NCBI GenBank assembly: GCA_965235115.1
Contig: OZ249436.1
Coordinates: forward strand, 21,268,001-21,332,000
Reading direction: 5' to 3'
Source: Laetmonice hystrix
Taxonomy: Eukaryota
DNA: 64,000 nt
Part shown: positions 14,256 to 26,595 of the stretch, piece after piece
Layout of the letters: every line of letters begins with the position of its first letter
Position numbering within the stretch: the first letter of the stretch is position 1
The notes under the pieces: model-generated
Database searches by the model: none
What the model was told of the DNA's origin: nothing
The model's input: only the letters and a program-made list of their open reading frames with translations
Position numbers and translations under genes: made by a program

Positions 14256-14314
14256 GCTATAATTAAAACTATAATTTCTACAAAAAGATAGATTTATGGC
14301 CCCTATATGTATTG

Positions 14315-14582
14315 CAAGCCCGTAGCCGGAGGGGGGGGGGGGGCCAAGACGGCCCATGTCCCACCCAAAATCTGGCAAGGTCCAAAAACTTCCAAAACTT
14401 TAGACTGGAATTTTGGCCCAGGAAATTATCTTGGACACGATGTCAGCCAATATATTTATGCAGTCATTCATACAGTTTTGGTTATAAATCTTCTATTATG
14501 GCTTTTCTTTAAGATTTTGTTGATAAAGATCCAAAATTTGAAAATGTGCCCCACCCAACATTATGGACTGGCTAAGGGTCTG
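14315..14582. mobile_element. MITE with imperfect TIRs
   Basis: caagcccgtagcc ... ggctaagggtctg, flanked by direct repeat tattg; internal G-run. Confidence 0.5.
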
Positions 14583-16615
14583 TATTGTACATCTAGTACG
14601 TTTTTATACACGTGACATTATTCATAACTGACAAATAAACCATGTCGCTTAAATCGGACTCGATGTAAATTAAGTGAATTGTGTCTGTGTAAATGATAAT
14701 TCAGGGCATATTACTCTGGATGGCTATTATTTTATTGGAGAATATTAATTCCACTTTTCCTCCCACGCATATTTCCTTTTCCTCATGTTCAGCGAGCTTT
14801 CAATCGCAGCACGCTAGGGATCTGTAGAAATACAGTTACCAACTCGTCAAGTTGTCTGATGAATGGTTTCTAATCACTGGCACAGTACTCGGGTTGGGTG
14901 TGTGAGACTGGCCAGTCAACACGTTGTGTGGGTTGTGGATCGGTGCCAGGCTGGGAGGCTATGCACGGACGGCTGAGAGACACGGCACAGACGGTTCAGT
15001 CAATGCACATGTAGTTAGAGAGACAATTTATGGCACCTTTTAGTTATACCGTCTGTATAATAGTGAATTGTACGAAGGCGGGAGTGGCTTTGTGCCTGCT
15101 CTACATGCGTCCCCACTCGAGCTCTATCGACACCGTATACACAAACCATCCCGACCCCCATCGCCACAGGGAGACAGTCTAAATGTATGTGAACTTAAAG
15201 TCTCATGAGACCATCCATATAGCTGATACAGACAGAAAGTATATACCACAGTGCTGTCTACTAATTATTGTATAGGTGCATCAGGAAGGCCCTGTAACAT
15301 AATGGGAACGGGTTGGTATCTCATTACAAGTTATGTTTCCCCCTTAACCTGTGTCAAACTTTGTGGGACTATCCGTCAACTCCGTTCACCGATACCCCGA
15401 GCACCGCCGTGTGGTGAGCCAGTCACGTCGACACAGTCAATAAGTCAGGGATTCCGACCAAGTGGGGGTATTTTAGTATTTCTTATTGTCAGCCCTGTAT
15501 GAAAATATTCAACCGTTTTTCTTAGACATTAATATATTTCGTAACGATGTCGTCATTTTAAATAAAAGCAGCTCAAACTATAAATTGATATGCCTCGATT
15601 GGGTTGCGCAACATTTGTCAATTTGGCCACGCCCATTTTCTTTTATTTTCAGTGAAACACTTTAAAGTACGTTATTCATGTGTTGGCTTTTGTGTGTCAA
15701 AAGGCATGCATTATAGGCATTTATATATTGGGCCGTCTGTGACACAGTATATGTGCATCTTTTGGTCAATTACATTATCGTATACAATTAATTACGTAAT
15801 AGTAAAGAGACCAGTGAAGTGTGACTGACATCATATTATTTACAATAGTAGAAGTCGTATATAGTAAAGCGGAGAGACCGCCTTCACTGCCCGCGGTAAC
15901 TGCTGACCTATTGGTACCAATGTCACCAAATGTCGTCCATCCTCGGAGGAAAAAAATGACAGTGTCATAAAGAGAAACTGCTTTAACAAAAGCGGTCGTA
16001 ACTTTACTAGGGACCTTTAGATATTAGACTATTCAAGGCACCCATCTGCTACAAAGGTGCGCGCAATTATTGCTACTTCAAAGGTGCTTTGAAAACACCG
16101 CCCTCCCGCTAAAGGTGTTTCCCCAAATATCGGCGTCGAATGTACATAGGGTCTATGCAATTTTATATGTTTCAGACAAATATTGTCACAGGGAACATTT
16201 TTTTAAATGGCTGGCCAGAAATTATCTTCAGTCGCGTGCAAACTATTTTATAATATCAACAGCACGTACATTATCGTTAATACGTAAAATAGGAAGGCCT
16301 CTGCACAATGTGCACGAAGGACAGCAACTATACCTTTTTTTAAATAAAAAAACAGACATAATTATGATAGAACATACACGCACACACGTATCACATCGCG
16401 TAATTACGTGTAAGCGCCCACCTATGCGCACACTGCCCACCCAACTTTCCATCTCAGCGCGAAAATATCCAGGAAATGGACACTTCAGGATCTATAAGGG
16501 ACACCTATTTTCATTCTGATGTTTATAATGTTGTCAAGGATATGATTATGTTTGATAGTGGTCCCGAGCTGGACAAAAACAAAATTTACCTCTTCCAACT
16601 CAGTCCGACTTAGTG

Positions 16616-17945
16616 AATGTTTTACTCACACTGCCAGTGCTATCAGGACAGGTTTTACTCACACTGCCAGTGCCATCAGGACAATGTTTTACTCACACTG
16701 CCAGTGCTATCAGGACAATGTTTTACTCACACTGCCAGTGCTATCAGGACAATGTTTTACTCACACTGCCAGTGCTGTTAGCACAATGTTTTACTCACAC
16801 TGCCAGTGCTATCAGCACATGTTTTACTCACACTGCCAGTGCTATCAGCACAATGTTTTACTCACACCACCAGTGCTATCAGGACAATGTTTTACTCACA
16901 CTGCCAGTACCACCAGGACATGTTTTACTCACACTGCCAGTGCTATCAGGACAATGTTTTACTCACACTGCCAGTGCTATCAGCACATGTTTTACTCACA
17001 CTGCCAGTGCTATCAGCACATGTTTTACTCACACTGCCAGTGCTATCAGGACAGGTTTTACTCACACTGCCAGTGCTATCAGGACAGGTTTTACTCACAC
17101 TGCCAGTGCTATCAGCACATGTTTTACTCACACTGCCAGTGCTATCAGGACAGGTTTTACTCACACTGACAGTGCCAGCACAGGTTTTACTCACACTGCC
17201 AGTGCTATCAGCACATGTTTTACTCACACTGCCAGTGCTATCAGCACATGTTTTACTTACACTGCCAGTGCTATCAGGACAGGTTTTACTCACACTGCCA
17301 GTGCTATCAGCACAATGTTTTACTCACACCACCAGTGCTATCAGGACAATGTTTTAGTCACACTGCCAGTGCTGTTAGCACAATGTTTTACTCACACCAC
17401 CAGTGCCAGCACAGGTTTTACTCACACTGCCAGTGCCAGCACAGGTTTTACTCACACTGCCAGTGCTATCAGCACATGTTTTACTCACACTGCCAGTGCT
17501 ATCAGCACAATGTTTTACTCACACTGCCAGTGCTATCAGCACAATGTTTTACTCACACTGCCAGTGCTATCAGGACAATGTTTTACTCACACTGCCAGTG
17601 CTGTTAGGACAATGTTTTACTCACACTGCCAGTGCTATCAGCACATGTTTTACTCACACTGCCAGTGCTATCAGCACATGTTTTACTCACACTGCCAGTG
17701 CTATCAGCACAATGTTTTACTCACACTGCCAGTGCTATCAGGACAATGTTTTACTCACACTGCCAGTGCTGTTAGCACAATGTTTTACTCACACCACCAG
17801 TGCCAGCACAATGTTTTACTCACACTGCCAGTGCCAGCACAGGTTTTACTCACACTGCCAGTGCTATCAGGACAATGTTTTACTCACACTGCCAGTGCTG
17901 TTATCACAATGTTTTACTCACACCACCAGTGCTATCAGCACATGA
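16616..17945. repeat. ~30-bp minisatellite (27/30/31-bp variants), >40 copies
   Basis: Unit tgttttactcacactgccagtgctatcag(g/c)aca(a). Confidence 0.97.
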
Positions 17946-17949
17946 GGTG

Positions 17950-18128
17950 TTAAGGGGGAACACACCTGGCACGATGCGACGCGATTAGGGTTTTCAACGA
18001 GTGTGAACACACCTGAAGCTGCGCGTCGGTGAAGCTTCAGGTGTGTTCACACTCGCTGAAAACAATTAGGAGCTTTTCATAATCGTGTCGCATCGCGGAG
18101 GATCGCTTCAGGTGTGTTCCCCGCTTAA
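17950..18128. mobile_element. Palindromic MITE flanked by TTAA
   Basis: ttaa-gggggaacacacctg ... caggtgtgttccccgc-ttaa, with internal inverted arms cgagtgtgaacacacctgaagct / agcttcaggtgtgttcacactcg. Confidence 0.8.
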
Positions 18129-19371
18129 CCGCGCGGCAAACATAATTGAATATGAAGTGAAGTGAATATATGAGTATCACTAGTATAATTGTAAAGTCGA
18201 ATGGATATAGATGTTATGTAGTGTAACACAAACTATTATAATAAAGGTGTACATACGGATATGTAAACCTATGATTATATAAGATGATGGATATGCCGTG
18301 ACGGTAGTTTCATCCAAGGGGAGGTTTCGTGTGCCCAATCTGCAGGGATCACTCATGTTTTTACCCTTTGGCAAGGTATATACGTTGCATGCATGCAGAA
18401 GGGAAGTTATGTCTTTTTGGAGGCAGCGAAAGGGAAATTAAAATGATGTATGCGCCTTCCCTATTTGTCACGGTCGCCAGGTAATGCAGTATAATTGAAA
18501 TATCGATGGTTTGATAGTGTCAAGGTCGACCTGGATCCGTGCCAGATACAATTATACAAATCAGTTGGCACAGGTATTATGATAAGTGATGACAAAGTGA
18601 CGAGTTGGTTTAGTAAGTTTACGGTGCTCCTTCAGTGGGGACGAGATTACTCAAGTGTGATGTATACCCCTCTGTACCTCATCATGTGTTCTCTGTATAA
18701 TATACCTTGTATAACATGGATTGGCTACAATATATACACGTATAGATAAAAATATACGGAAACGTGTAATACATTATCGCACTAAACTTTAATCGTATAT
18801 ACAATAGACTTGTCGTATGCAAAACACGTGTATGCCTGACTATATAATGCATGTAAACATAGTGGCTCATAGATATAAGTGTTTATGTTATTAAAATACT
18901 TGATGTATACTGCCGTGCAATGACGAACGGAAGCAAGTCTAACTTTCATCAAAATCGACTTAAGTGTAAATTTGGATTCAGGGAATGAATCTATCAATGG
19001 GTGTATTTCTGCTAAATATCTTTCTATGAAGCTATCAGTCGCATGACAGAAGGAAGCATGTCTATCCAACTGCACTGTAGAGACAACTTGTTTATATCTA
19101 TTTCTCGAAACTTGAACTTTTGGACTTGCTTCCTTTTGTCATTTCATGGCAGTATACCTGATTATCCTATAATCCTATAAAAGAAGAGTTGTCTATGATG
19201 CGATGTCTGTGTGAGCGGATGTTTGTACCGAATGCATGTATAAACCTCAATCCGTGTCACACAGCCCTATAGAGTTGCCGCCGGATTATATACTATCTCT
19301 GTAACTGAGACAACACTTACAAATCTTCAACTGTTTTGTAGATACAGACCATTGAAAATATGTGTGCCCTT

Positions 19372-19895
19372 AATTGACCTTTAAAGGTCACTTAAGGTCT
19401 AAAGAAATGGCACCAAACGAAAGATTATATATAACTTCCTATGTGTCAATAACAGTAACTACTTCGTTTTATTGCTTCATTTTGAAGATATAAGCCAAAA
19501 TAGTGATATTATGGGGCCAAAATAACAAATATTGCCTTCATGTCCCCCCCCCCCGAAAATACACTGGCATGCATATTGCCCCTCCTATAATTATGCTTCC
19601 TCTTTGCACCAAGTTTGAAAGAAATCCAATGTTTTTGTTTGAGTTAAAGCCCAAAATGTGTTTCCAAGATGGCCGCCCGACGGCCAATTTGAAAGATACC
19701 AGAAAACTCTTTGAAGCATCATCCTCATCATTGCGTAAAGTTTAATGCAATTTGACTATACACTTCGGCAAAATTGTTGTCTACGGACGTACGGACGTAC
19801 GCACGAACGCACGAACGTACGAATGTACGGACGGTCACGGATGTACGAACGAAAGTCAAATTAAAGGCCCCGCCACTTCCGGTTGGGGGCTACAA
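19372..19895. mobile_element. Degenerate HINE/MITE-like remnant
   Basis: tgacctt...aaggtca and aagttt motifs similar to those in the 7817-10263 element, a (CGKA)-type microsatellite at 19783-19852 and an imperfect terminal palindrome gcccc...ggggc. Confidence 0.45.
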
Positions 19896-20127
19896 ATACA
19901 GCGCTTGGCAAATCATGAAAACAATTAAAAGCAGTTGTGATCTGACTACGATATACAGTCAACGGGTAATATAATTAGACTGCTGTAACAACAATGGGAC
20001 AGATAAACTTGCCCTATAACAAGGGGTCACCTCATTTCAAGCGAGTATTCAGTAGTATGTAGAAATGGGGGCCAGTGCGCGTTAGTTACCATCTGCATGG
20101 GGACCATGCTCCACTCAGAGACAGAGG

Positions 20128-20396
20128 GAGCTATAGTAGCCAGAATCTGGGGTCTTTCACACAAGGCACATTCTATAGTCTGAGGTCCTATGGAGGCCAG
20201 AGTCTGGGGTACTACGGCAGCCAGAGTTTGAGGTCCTATGGAGGCCAGAGTCTGGGGTCCTATGGTAGCCAGAGTCTGTGGTCCTATGGTAGCCAGAGTC
20301 TGGGGTCCTATGGCAGCCAGAGTCTGGGGTCCTATGGTAGCCAGAGTCTGGGGTCCTATGGTAGCCAGAGTCTGGGGTCTTTCCCACAAGGCACAT
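20128..20396. repeat. 24-bp tandem repeat
   Basis: Unit ctatggtagccagagtctggggtc, bracketed by two copies of ggggtctttc(a/c)cacaaggcacat. Confidence 0.9.
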
Positions 20397-20676
20397 CCTA
20401 GCATAACCTTTGTATGAAGGCTGCACAAGGTTCCTTCTTCTTAATTCATACAATAATACATTTAATCGAGTGAGGAATAAAATGCCAGCAAGGTCAAATA
20501 TCAATATATGTTGGTAGGACAGGATTGAAGTGCAAGATTCCTGGCTGTGATTAAACTTCAACGCAGACTTTTAACGGGGTACGGTGTTCATTGTATAAAT
20601 TGTATTACTAAATTAAATATAATAAGACTCGCACATTTGTTATATACTAGAGTCACGTCGTCTTGCCGTCCTGTAG

Positions 20677-20765
20677 ATGACGATGTAGAGACAGGACACA
20701 GGGAGTTACAGAAGCGGGCCCAACCCCATCAAGAAGATAAACCTCACCGACTGGCACCGATATAA
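20677..20765 (+). CDS. Candidate uncharacterised gene, possible last exon
   Basis: tcttgccgtcctgtag|AT, phase 1; (D)DDVETGHRELQKRAQPHQEDKPHRLAPI*; AATAAA at ~21073. The link across a 15.6-kb intron is inferred from phase only. Confidence 0.35.
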
Positions 20766-20899
20766 AGGAGTTGGAGGTTTCCATAATCCGGAAAGCTTCG
20801 CGTAAGGTTCACAAGAAACAGCCCAAAGGGGGGAATTAACTCGAACGTCGTGTCGGACGTCTCATATCTTTGACAAAGAAAACCATAGTGACGGCTCTT

Positions 20900-21120
20900 T
20901 CCGTATCAGTTGACATTTAAGACGCATGCGCAGAGTGGAGAGTACGCGATGGGACGCGGACAATGGCGGTACTTCCGGAGGCCATCGACATCTGAGGAAC
21001 TGTGACCTCTTATCGCAAGTCAGGCGGTAATACAAGGACGACGTAACTTTCCGGCGGCACACTTCGCACGCCAATAAAATCTTGCAGTGGTTACTTTCAC
21101 GTTTTCAATGGCGTTCAGTT
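20900..21120. promoter_or_regulatory. CpG-rich promoter-like block
   Basis: NRF1-like cgcatgcgca (20923), YY1-like aatggcgg (20962), ETS acttccgg (20971), CCAAT (21071). Confidence 0.35.
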
Positions 21121-21544
21121 AATGTTGACTGACGTTTGGGACAGGTCGGTGAGAAAGTCATTAGGTTTGGTCTTCCTCACCCGCGCTGTTCCTTGTGCCC
21201 GGTCGCAAACAAGGTTGGGTCGAGAGATAACACGTAATTACCGATTCCTTTTGCACCAAATTGCCTGCTTGGCGTTCAAACGGCGGTGTTGCTGCGAGGG
21301 TGTGTTATCTGGCCGGCTCAGTGGCATCCCACTGACGGTAAGATGACCGGGAGGTTCGGCGTGTGGCCAGTAGGGGGCGTTAAAGTGGTCTCCCGGGGCG
21401 ACGCGCCCGGCACGCGTATTCACCACCACGCGTCCAAATCTTAATTCGCATTCCGCGTGCCGAATATCTTAAACTCGGCCAAGAAAAGGCGACGACGGCA
21501 GGATGCGAGGTTCGTGCTCCTTCCCTTATCCTGCTGAATAAAGC

Positions 21545-21698
21545 ATGTCTCTTCAAAGGACTGGTGATGGACAGCAGTTGAATGAGATGTCCAGTTGGAT
21601 TCAAACGTTGACGGTCTCTCTGGGGCCGGCTGTCCCTCAGTCTCTTGCACTAAAACCGGAAAGTAACTACAAAAATGATACTGAAGTCCCCGGAGCAG
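21545..21698 (+). CDS. Possible first exon of a small ORF or lncRNA
   Basis: ATG...open 51 codons...GCA G|gtaacg, downstream of a CpG-rich promoter-like block. Possible partner exon 27225-27277 (gtttcccacag|AC...TGA). Confidence 0.2.
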
Positions 21699-21843
21699 GT
21701 AACGTATGCCGCTTTGGAACTTAACAGGCAGTGAACTTTATCTTGGATCTTCAACACTGAGACTCTTCCTGATCTAAGGAAGCCATCCACGGAGGCATTT
21801 AAGATATATAGTGAAACTTATGAAGCTTATAAAGTAACAAATT

Positions 21844-21996
21844 CAGTGGTGTAGGAAGGAAAAAAATATTGGCGGCAGAAGTGACGTCACAATGACTTAC
21901 GCCTATGGCTCTGCATTGAGCCTGTGGTAAATTTATAAATATTGGGGGGGGGGGGGGGGCAGCAGCCCTCTCTGCCCCCAGCTTCCTACGCCACTG
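21844..21996. mobile_element. MITE
   Basis: TIR cagtggtgtaggaag / cttcctacgccactg; aaatt on both flanks; internal G-run. Confidence 0.7.
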
Positions 21997-22784
21997 AAAT
22001 TATTATGTTCTTTGATAAATTTGTTAGTTTGAAACGCCCTCCCGTTTGAAGTAAATATTACTTTAAGTGGTCGAGGCCCTCTTCAATCCGCCCTTGTAGA
22101 CTATAGGTGCTGAACTGTGTTTAAGCATACCGTTCATGTACACTTAGGAAATGAGGAAAAAGACTGAATTACGGCTGAGGGCCAGCTCTGGCCACGCGTC
22201 TGTCGGGTTATTTCTGATCGGCCACGGTTCAATGGAGGGTGAGGGATATGCAGATGCAATGCGCTTTGCTTGTAGTAAATAGAAGAATAATTAGGCTGTT
22301 AAATTTGCCATCTTGCCTCTCAATAAGATAATTACTACATGCTTAAGTAAACACGGTGACGGATCAAAAGCCTGGCAGGCTGGGCCAACTGCTCAAATAT
22401 CGGCGCGCCATACGCCTGCGCATCTGTACGCTCGTATCGCGGCCGTGAATCACCATGACAACAGAACGCTGCGGTTTACCCGACCTGAGCGTCCATCTCC
22501 ATAACAACAGGGCGTGGTTGGCTTGCCGCTCCCGTCAGCCGTCCTTAGCCGCTCCCAGCGCCATGAAATCGGCATATGAAGCGATTATTAAGATGTTAAT
22601 AGAGCCGAACAGGACAAGCCATAATTTAGGAGAGAGACCGAAGTCCTCTCACTCCCCTACAGCTGTCGAAGATCGAGGACTTATTGTGAACCTCGAGTGT
22701 CGATATCAAGAGGGATTATTTTCAGGGTGACAGAACAATAAAAGGACAAGTCTGCTGTTTGTAGAGACACCGCCCACCCTGCCG

Positions 22785-24130
22785 CCACCCTAGGACGGCA
22801 AGCCTGATAATAATAGACCCGCCCACCCTAGGACGACAAACCTGATCCTTACAGACCCGCCCACCCTAGGACGACAAACCTGATCCTTACAGACCCGCCA
22901 ACCCTAGGACGACAAACCTGATCCTTACAGACCAGCACACCCTAGGACGACAAACCTGATCCTTACAGACCAGCACACCCTAGGACGGCACACCTGATCC
23001 TTACAGACCCGCCCACCCTAGGACCACAAACCTGATCCTTACAGACCCGCCCACCCTAGGACGACAAACCTGATCCTTACAGACCCGACCACCCTAGGAC
23101 GACAAACCTGATAATAATAGACCCGCCAACCCTAGGACGGCAAGCCTGATAATAATAGACCCGCCAACCCTAGGACGGCAAGCCTGATAATAATAGACCC
23201 GCCAACCCTAGGACGGCAAGCCTGATAATAATAGACCCGCCAACCCTAGGACGACAAACCTGATCCTTATAGACCCGCCAACCCTAGGACGGCAAACCTG
23301 ATAATAATAGACCCGCCAACCCTAGGACGGCAAGCCTGATAATAATAGACCCGCCAACCCTAGGACGGCAAGCCTGATAATAATAGACCCGCCAACCCTA
23401 GGACGACAAACCTGATAATAATAGACCCGCCAACCCTAGGACGACAAACCTGATCCTTATAGACCCGCCAACCCTAGGACGGCAAACCTGACCCTTACAA
23501 ACCCGCACACCCTAGGACGGCAAACCTGATCCTTACAGACCCGCACACACTAGCACGGCAAACCTGATCCTTACAGACCCGCCCACCCTAGGACGACAAA
23601 CCTGATCCTTACAGACCCGCACACCCAGTGACGACAAACCTGATCCTTACAGACCCGCACACCCAGTGACGACAAACCTGATCCTTACAGACCCACCCAC
23701 CCTAGGACGACAAACCTGATCCTTACAGACCCGCCCACCCTAGGACGACAAACCTGATCCTTACAGACCCACCCACCCTAGGACGACAAACTTGGACGAC
23801 AAACCTGATCCTTACAGACCCGCCGCCCTAGGACGACACACCTGATCCTTACAGACCCACCCACCCTATAGGACGACAAACCTGATCCTTACAGACCCGC
23901 CCACCCTAGGACGACAAACCTGATCCTTACAGACCCGCCCACCCTAGGACGACAAACCTGATCCTTACAGACCCGCCCACCCTAGGACGACAAACCTGAT
24001 CCTTACAGACCCGACCACCCTAGGACGACAAACCTGATCCTTACAGACCCGACCACCCTAGGACGACAAACCTGATCCTCACAGACCCGCACACCCAATG
24101 ACGACAAACCTGATCCTTACAGACCCGACC
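22785..24130. repeat. 38-bp minisatellite, ~35 copies
   Basis: Unit cctaggacgacaaacctgatccttacagacccgcccac, with a taataat variant. Confidence 0.96.
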
Positions 24131-24282
24131 GTCCTGTGACATATTGACATCAACGTCCACCTCGGCCTTCCTTCAGTCAGCAGACCCCACACTGTCATTA
24201 GTCTGTTTCACATGATAGTGACACTGTGGGCCCCGTCCTGTGACATATTGACATCAACCTCTCCACCCCGGCCTTCCTTCAC

Positions 24283-24773
24283 TTGTCTTGTTCGCCAGAC
24301 CAGGTGTAACGATTTCAAGTTCCCCCTCATTCAGGCCCCCCTCCCCCCACCGGGAACGTGAAATCGTTACACCTGTCTCTGAACCCAGCCTGCGGGCACC
24401 GTTAGCCGTGCTATAACCGCAGAGTTCAGCCAGTAATGATCGGTCCAAACGAGATACCTTGGCCCAGAACTTTACTGTTCTTGGCTTTCTCTGGGAATTC
24501 ACAAGTGTTGTTACCGTAATACTGCGGCATCCTAAAACATGCGTCTCTCTGCATGCTTCGGTGTCCTTTTAATGGCTTGCTCAGAGAGAAAAAGAGAGAG
24601 AGAGAGACAGAGAGAGAGAGGGGGGGAGGGAGGGAGAAAGAGAGAGACAGGGAGAAAAAGAGAGACAGGGAGAGACAGACAGACATAGAGAGAGAGACAG
24701 ACAGACAGAGAGGAGAGAGAGCGAGGGAGAGAGAGAGAAGGAACGAAAGAAGCGAGGGAGAGAGAGAGAAGGA

Positions 24774-24853
<80 letters not shown>

Positions 24854-24878
24854 GAGAAAGAAAAGGAAGAAAGAAAGA
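24283..24878 (+). mobile_element. SINE-like interspersed repeat with AG/(GAAA)n tail, copy 2
   Basis: gtctctgaacccagcctgcggg...gggaattcacaagtg...tttaatgg shared with 11234-11426. Confidence 0.7.
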
Positions 24879-26144
24879 ACTTCAACGGTTAATATGCAAG
24901 ACAGAGGCTTGCCTAGATGAAAATACAATGTATAACGTTCGTCCTTGCTCCGAACCCGACACTCCCTTTCATCAAAGACCCACATCATTAGCATGTCTTT
25001 GCTTTAAGTTTAACCGAAAACTAACCTTGATTATATCATATTTCAACTGCGCTAGCTCAGGTAACAATTTTCTCATCCCCATTGGTTATTCTCAGCCGTG
25101 CTGAACCACGACCGTTAAACGATACTCTTGTATTTGACTTAGTGTGTTTTTTATATAAATAATTTATTATTCTTACCTATGGCGCCCCGGTACCTTAACA
25201 GTGGGGAGAGTATAACGTGAACAGCACTTGATTGCTTTGATGTTCTCTATAGAAACTCTCTATAGACAGTCCGATAATTCTGGCTGTAATTCTGGCTGTT
25301 CTGCGAGACACTCTATATGTAGGCAGCCAGGTAATTCTGGCTGTGATGACTTGATGGCGTGGTAAGGTAAAATGTTTTGAATGGAAACAAATAGTAGGAT
25401 GTTTGAATTTATCATTCTGACATGTGACTAATGTGCTCAGGGGTAAAAGTATGATTGGTCTGGGGTCTGAGTTACAAAAAGTTGCAAATGTGATAAAACA
25501 TAAAGAGCACTACCCAAGCCCCGCAAAGTTCCACCTTTAGCAACTGCTATAGACTATATTGTATTTATTTAAGGCTTGTTCATAGGCAAGAATTTTTTTA
25601 ACCCTTAAAGTGTTTTCAGGGAGAACACTCCCCCTCCCAACAACATACAAGAAAATTTTCGCGTATAACCTCATTGGATTCTCAATACAAGCAGTATGAT
25701 GACGTATAGACTGGTTCATCCGTTGTGTACATTGTGTTGGAGGTGGGCCGTCTGTATAAATATTTGGGGAGGGGGCAGAGAGTACCCTTATTTATAAATG
25801 TCCTGGTGTAGTACTATTATATTGAATCATGTAATATATAAGTAATTATGGTTGTGGTTTGATGACATCGATAGGAACACCGATTAGGCGGGATACTGCA
25901 AATTTGGACTGAAGGTCAAACGTGCAATTCGCGGACTTCATTAAATAATATTATTGCCCACATGATCCTCGACGCAACCATTACGTTATTCAACAATAAT
26001 CATTATCTTTGTACTTTATGTGATGATATTATTGTAAAATCATGTTAAGAACTATTAATAACTTCTTAAATGTATCAACAAAACCAGTTTCTATATTTTA
26101 AAAAATACACAAACACATTAATTATAGGCCCACCTTAACGGGTA

Positions 26145-26595
26145 CAGTATTGCCACAAAAAATGTATAGATTTTTTCAAGGAAAAAGTATCCAAATGGTC
26201 GGGAAAAAGTAGTAAAATAGTATTAAGTTACGTCAATTTACCATGATTTGTAATTTTTGGTTCTCATTTTAGGCTTCACGATACCAAGCTTTTAGGAGTC
26301 TTGTATGCAATGTTGAGAAAAGTTGAGCCTAAAAAGCTGTGTATTTCTATGTGCTGCTCAGAAAAAAACGCCACTCAACATAACGCGCACCACTCCTTTT
26401 ATTATGAGACTAGCAAACCACACCTCGAGTCTCATCATCAATGTCTGAAGAGTGTCCAATTATCCGATCTTATAGGGAAAAAAGTATTTTAAAAAAGTCT
26501 TTGTACATGAAAAAAGTTTTTTAAAAAGGAAAAAAAGTTGTTTTGCTCTTGAAAAGTATAATGTACTTTTAAAAAAGTATAAAGTGGCAGCACTG
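26145..26595. mobile_element. Possible MITE
   Basis: Imperfect TIR cagtattgccac / gtggcagcactg, with subterminal aaaaagt repeats. Confidence 0.4.

Noticed and set aside
16552..17988. Long ORFs up to 446 aa
   Set aside because: Translation of a stop-poor 30-bp minisatellite, open in several frames.
20075..20401. SYGSQSLG repeat protein
   Set aside because: 24-bp tandem repeat, open in several frames on both strands, with no convincing splice context.
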